Origin: Bacteroidales bacterium
GTDB taxonomy: Bacteria > Bacteroidota > Bacteroidia > Bacteroidales > TTA-H9
Length of the DNA: 64,000 nt
Assembly (NCBI GenBank): GCA_049969475.1
Contig: JBMFOU010000019.1
Coordinates: 187 to 64,186 of the forward strand
Direction: 5' to 3'
Below, in pieces: positions 61,502-64,000 of this stretch. Each line of letters starts with the position of its first letter. Position 1 is the first letter of the stretch. The notes beneath the pieces are model-generated. The model saw only the letters and a program-made list of their open reading frames with translations. It had not been told where the DNA came from and made no database searches. The position numbers and the translations under genes were made by a program.

Positions 61502-62242
61502 ATGAAGAATCTTTTGAAGGCCAATCCCTGGACCGACCGCGAAGTAGAAGCCCACTGGGATCGGGTGGCTTCCATTTATATAACTGAAAATCAGCGAGTA
61601 AAAGACACACACGATCAACGGTTCCGGCGTATGCTGGAGCTACTGCCTGAGCTGCCTCAGGGAGCAGAAATATTGAATATTACCAGTCGTGATGGAGAAG
61701 CCTCCGTTTATATCGAAAAAGCCAGACCCGGGGTGAAGGTCATTAATGCAGAGATTTCAGCCGGCCTCATGCAGGAAGCTGCCCGTGTGTGGCCCGGCAT
61801 ACGGCAGGTAAAAATTGAAACCTACAGCCGGTTACCCTTTGCAAACAATTCCTTCGATGCGATTGTCAGCCTCGAGACCCTGGAACACGCTGCCGAACCC
61901 ATTAATTTTCTCAAAGAACTATACCGCGTAGCACGGCCCAGCGCAACCCTGGTGCTAAGTTGCCCGCCGGCCACCAGTGAATGGCCCTATCGGATTTATA
62001 CAGCCCTCGTTGGGGGACACGGTGAAGGGCCTCATCGCTTTCTCTCCTCGAAGCAGGTTAAAAAAATGATGGAAGTAAGTGGATGGAAATTGCTCCATCA
62101 CGAGGGCACCCTGCTTGTTCCTGTGGGGCCTCCGGCTCTAAAGCGCTGGGGCGAGAAATTTATTCAAAAATTTCAACATACCTTTATTAGCGAACTAGGA
62201 ATTCGTCAATTCTATGTGGCCCAAAAAGAAAATGCCGATTGA
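61502..62242 (+). CDS. Class I SAM-dependent methyltransferase-like protein
   Basis: LPFANNSFDAIVS.ETLEH...P..FLKEL.RV.RP. Motif I is atypical (ILNITSRDG). Confidence 0.75.
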   Translation: MKNLLKANPWTDREVEAHWDRVASIYITENQRVKDTHDQRFRRMLELLPELPQGAEILNITSRDGEASVYIEKARPGVKVINAEISAGLMQEAARVWPGIRQVKIETYSRLPFANNSFDAIVSLETLEHAAEPINFLKELYRVARPSATLVLSCPPATSEWPYRIYTALVGGHGEGPHRFLSSKQVKKMMEVSGWKLLHHEGTLLVPVGPPALKRWGEKFIQKFQHTFISELGIRQFYVAQKENAD

Positions 62243-63539
62243 ACGAGTAATGCGCAGTCAACTCTGCAACCGTTGCGGAACCTGTGTTGGGTTGGGCAAG
62301 GGCAAGGTAATTTTTCGCGATCGTGAGGGAGACTACCGGCCTTCCATTATCGAGCCCCTGAACGAGGAGGAAGCCCGTCTGCTCGGGGAGGCCTGTGCCG
62401 GACATTCCTTCCCTTTCCCCGAGTTTAACCAAAAGCTTTTCCCTGATACTCCCCATTTTCACCGTTTTATAGGCAGTTACCGCATGCTTTATATAGGCCA
62501 TGTGAACGACCCGGAAGTAAGAGCCCAGGCTGCCAGTGGTGGAATTTTAAGTGCTGTGTTGCTTTTCCTGCTCGAAAAAAAACGCATCGACGGGGTGGTT
62601 ACCACCCGCATGTCGCACACTCAACCCTGGCTGGCCGAATCGTTTATTGCAACTACTCGGGAAGAAATCCTGGAAGCAGCTCAAAGCAAATACATCATCA
62701 CCTCTGTTAACGAAATTTTGCCCCAAATAGCAGCATTTACCGGGCGGCTCGCTTATGTAGGCCTTCCAGGACAGGTGCAATCCATCCGCAAGTTGCAGGC
62801 CATGGGGCATCCTGCTGTTAAAAATATTGAATACGTTTTCGGGCCTTTTTATGGCAATACGCTCCATTTCTCATCCATTCGCAGCTTCTTGCGCGCTCAC
62901 AGGGAAAAAGACCCTCACCGCATCCATAAACTGTATTTCCGCTATGGGGAATGGCCAGGACGTATGCGCGTGGAACTCGACAATGGCCGGGTGATGGAAC
63001 TTCCGAAATTTCACGCAAATTATCTCATCCCCTTCCATATTCTTAAAAACAGTCTGCTTTGTACCGACCTCACCAACGAATTTACCGATTTGGCGGGAGG
63101 AGATGCCTGGGCACCTGTGTATGAAGAAAGAGGTAAAGGATTTTCGATGATCATTGTCCGTAGTGCAGTAGCCGAAGCTTTAATAAACGAGATGGTACAC
63201 GAGGGATGGCTCAATGTGTGGCCCCTAGAGGAAGAAGAGGCCATACGCATGCACAGCCATGGATACGACCTTAAAAAACGTGGCACTTTTATCCGCATGC
63301 GCTTCCGGCGATGGCTGGGCCTTCCCAATCCTGATTATGGCTATGAACTGAAAGGATTCCCCCTGGCCCGATATTTTATGGAAATTATCATCAGCAGTCT
63401 TTTTCTGGTGTTGGGAACTGCCCCAGCACGTTTTGTAGCCGACCGGATTCCCTTAACCTGGATGGGGGCACTTTTCGAAAACGCTCGCAAACGCTGGAAA
63501 AAAGCTACCCACGGAATCAAACGATCTCAACTCTCATGA
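62232..63539 (+). CDS. Coenzyme F420 hydrogenase/dehydrogenase beta-subunit (FrhB)-family protein
   Basis: N-terminal CNRCGTC, ASGG.LS, QSKY, VGLP.Q, D...GDAW. Confidence 0.8.
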   Translation: MPIERVMRSQLCNRCGTCVGLGKGKVIFRDREGDYRPSIIEPLNEEEARLLGEACAGHSFPFPEFNQKLFPDTPHFHRFIGSYRMLYIGHVNDPEVRAQAASGGILSAVLLFLLEKKRIDGVVTTRMSHTQPWLAESFIATTREEILEAAQSKYIITSVNEILPQIAAFTGRLAYVGLPGQVQSIRKLQAMGHPAVKNIEYVFGPFYGNTLHFSSIRSFLRAHREKDPHRIHKLYFRYGEWPGRMRVELDNGRVMELPKFHANYLIPFHILKNSLLCTDLTNEFTDLAGGDAWAPVYEERGKGFSMIIVRSAVAEALINEMVHEGWLNVWPLEEEEAIRMHSHGYDLKKRGTFIRMRFRRWLGLPNPDYGYELKGFPLARYFMEIIISSLFLVLGTAPARFVADRIPLTWMGALFENARKRWKKATHGIKRSQLS

Positions 63540-64000
63540 AATCCGCCCCCATTAAAAAAATAGCCACAAACCTGCTGAAAGCCCTGGTGGCACTTGGCTT
63601 ATTAGGATTAGTGGTTACCCGCACTGGATTTACCCTCGAGGCCTTTGTAAATACCCTCAAAAATTCCAGTTTTCCCTGGTTGGCCGCCAGCCTTCCTGGT
63701 GTGCTTATCATTCTTTACATTAAGGCCTATCGCTGGCATTTATTACTTCGACAAAAAGCCATTCACTTTTCCCCTCAGAAATCCTACATCGCTTACCTGA
63801 CCAGTTTTTTTATCGGATTGCTGACTCCCGGCCGCTTCGGCGAAATCGTGAAGGTTTACTACGTTCGGGCTCTACCCGAAGCCGGTCTCTTCAAGAGTTT
63901 TCAGACCGTCATCGCCGATCGGTTTTACGACCTTTATTTTCTTCTGAGTGCGGGACTCATCTCTTATCTACTGATTTTTAGAGAACAGCAACCCCATTGG
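63536..64000 (+). CDS. Lysylphosphatidylglycerol-synthase TM / UPF0104 flippase-like membrane protein (partial; not in ORF track)
   Basis: ATGA overlap with the upstream stop. Translates as MKSAPIKK...IKAYRWHLLL...TPGRFGEIVK...ADRFYD. Confidence 0.82.
   Translation, partial: MKSAPIKKIATNLLKALVALGLLGLVVTRTGFTLEAFVNTLKNSSFPWLAASLPGVLIILYIKAYRWHLLLRQKAIHFSPQKSYIAYLTSFFIGLLTPGRFGEIVKVYYVRALPEAGLFKSFQTVIADRFYDLYFLLSAGLISYLLIFREQQPHW

Noticed and set aside
1-64000. CRISPR arrays, rRNA, tRNA, integrase or prophage genes
   Set aside because: No regularly spaced repeats, cloverleafs or phage/integrase motifs were seen by eye.

Overview
A 64 kb chromosomal window from a Bacteroidota genome, probably Bacteroidales. 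The evidence is many TAnnTTTG -7 promoter boxes, T9SS cargo and PorV-family genes, a MurF-Alr fusion, and Bacteroidota-type PurF and SecA. Bases 1-7.6 kb look like the right end of an accessory/defence island. It holds a type I R-M operon (hsdS 3' end, a REP-associated tyrosine transposase with a perfect 28-bp GTAG palindrome inside its own ORF, hsdM) and a DUF6544-like gene. It also holds an unusual two-gene unit: a membrane protein with a C-terminal Zn ribbon, and a 1008-aa protein built as five 46-aa repeats resembling the C-terminal domain of plant MLK/PPK kinases + TPR + two CbbX/SpoVK-type AAA+ ATPases. The rest is mostly core genome (purF, greA, rpmB, secA, pyrH, hisS, asd, ribF, M17 peptidase, pdxA, murF-alr). 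Several uncharacterised modules are embedded in it: a TonB receptor / T9SS cargo / PorV-paralogue operon, a TerB-YbjN-TerB operon, a frameshifted MOT1-type transporter, and a surface-glycan tailoring locus (GT2::GT-C fusion, MBOAT + SGNH/DltD-like, GT-C-CBM, GT2, methyltransferase, Cys-depleted FrhB-like protein, flippase-like gene). I found no rRNA, tRNA or CRISPR array. Family assignments come from recognising motifs by eye, not from database searches.
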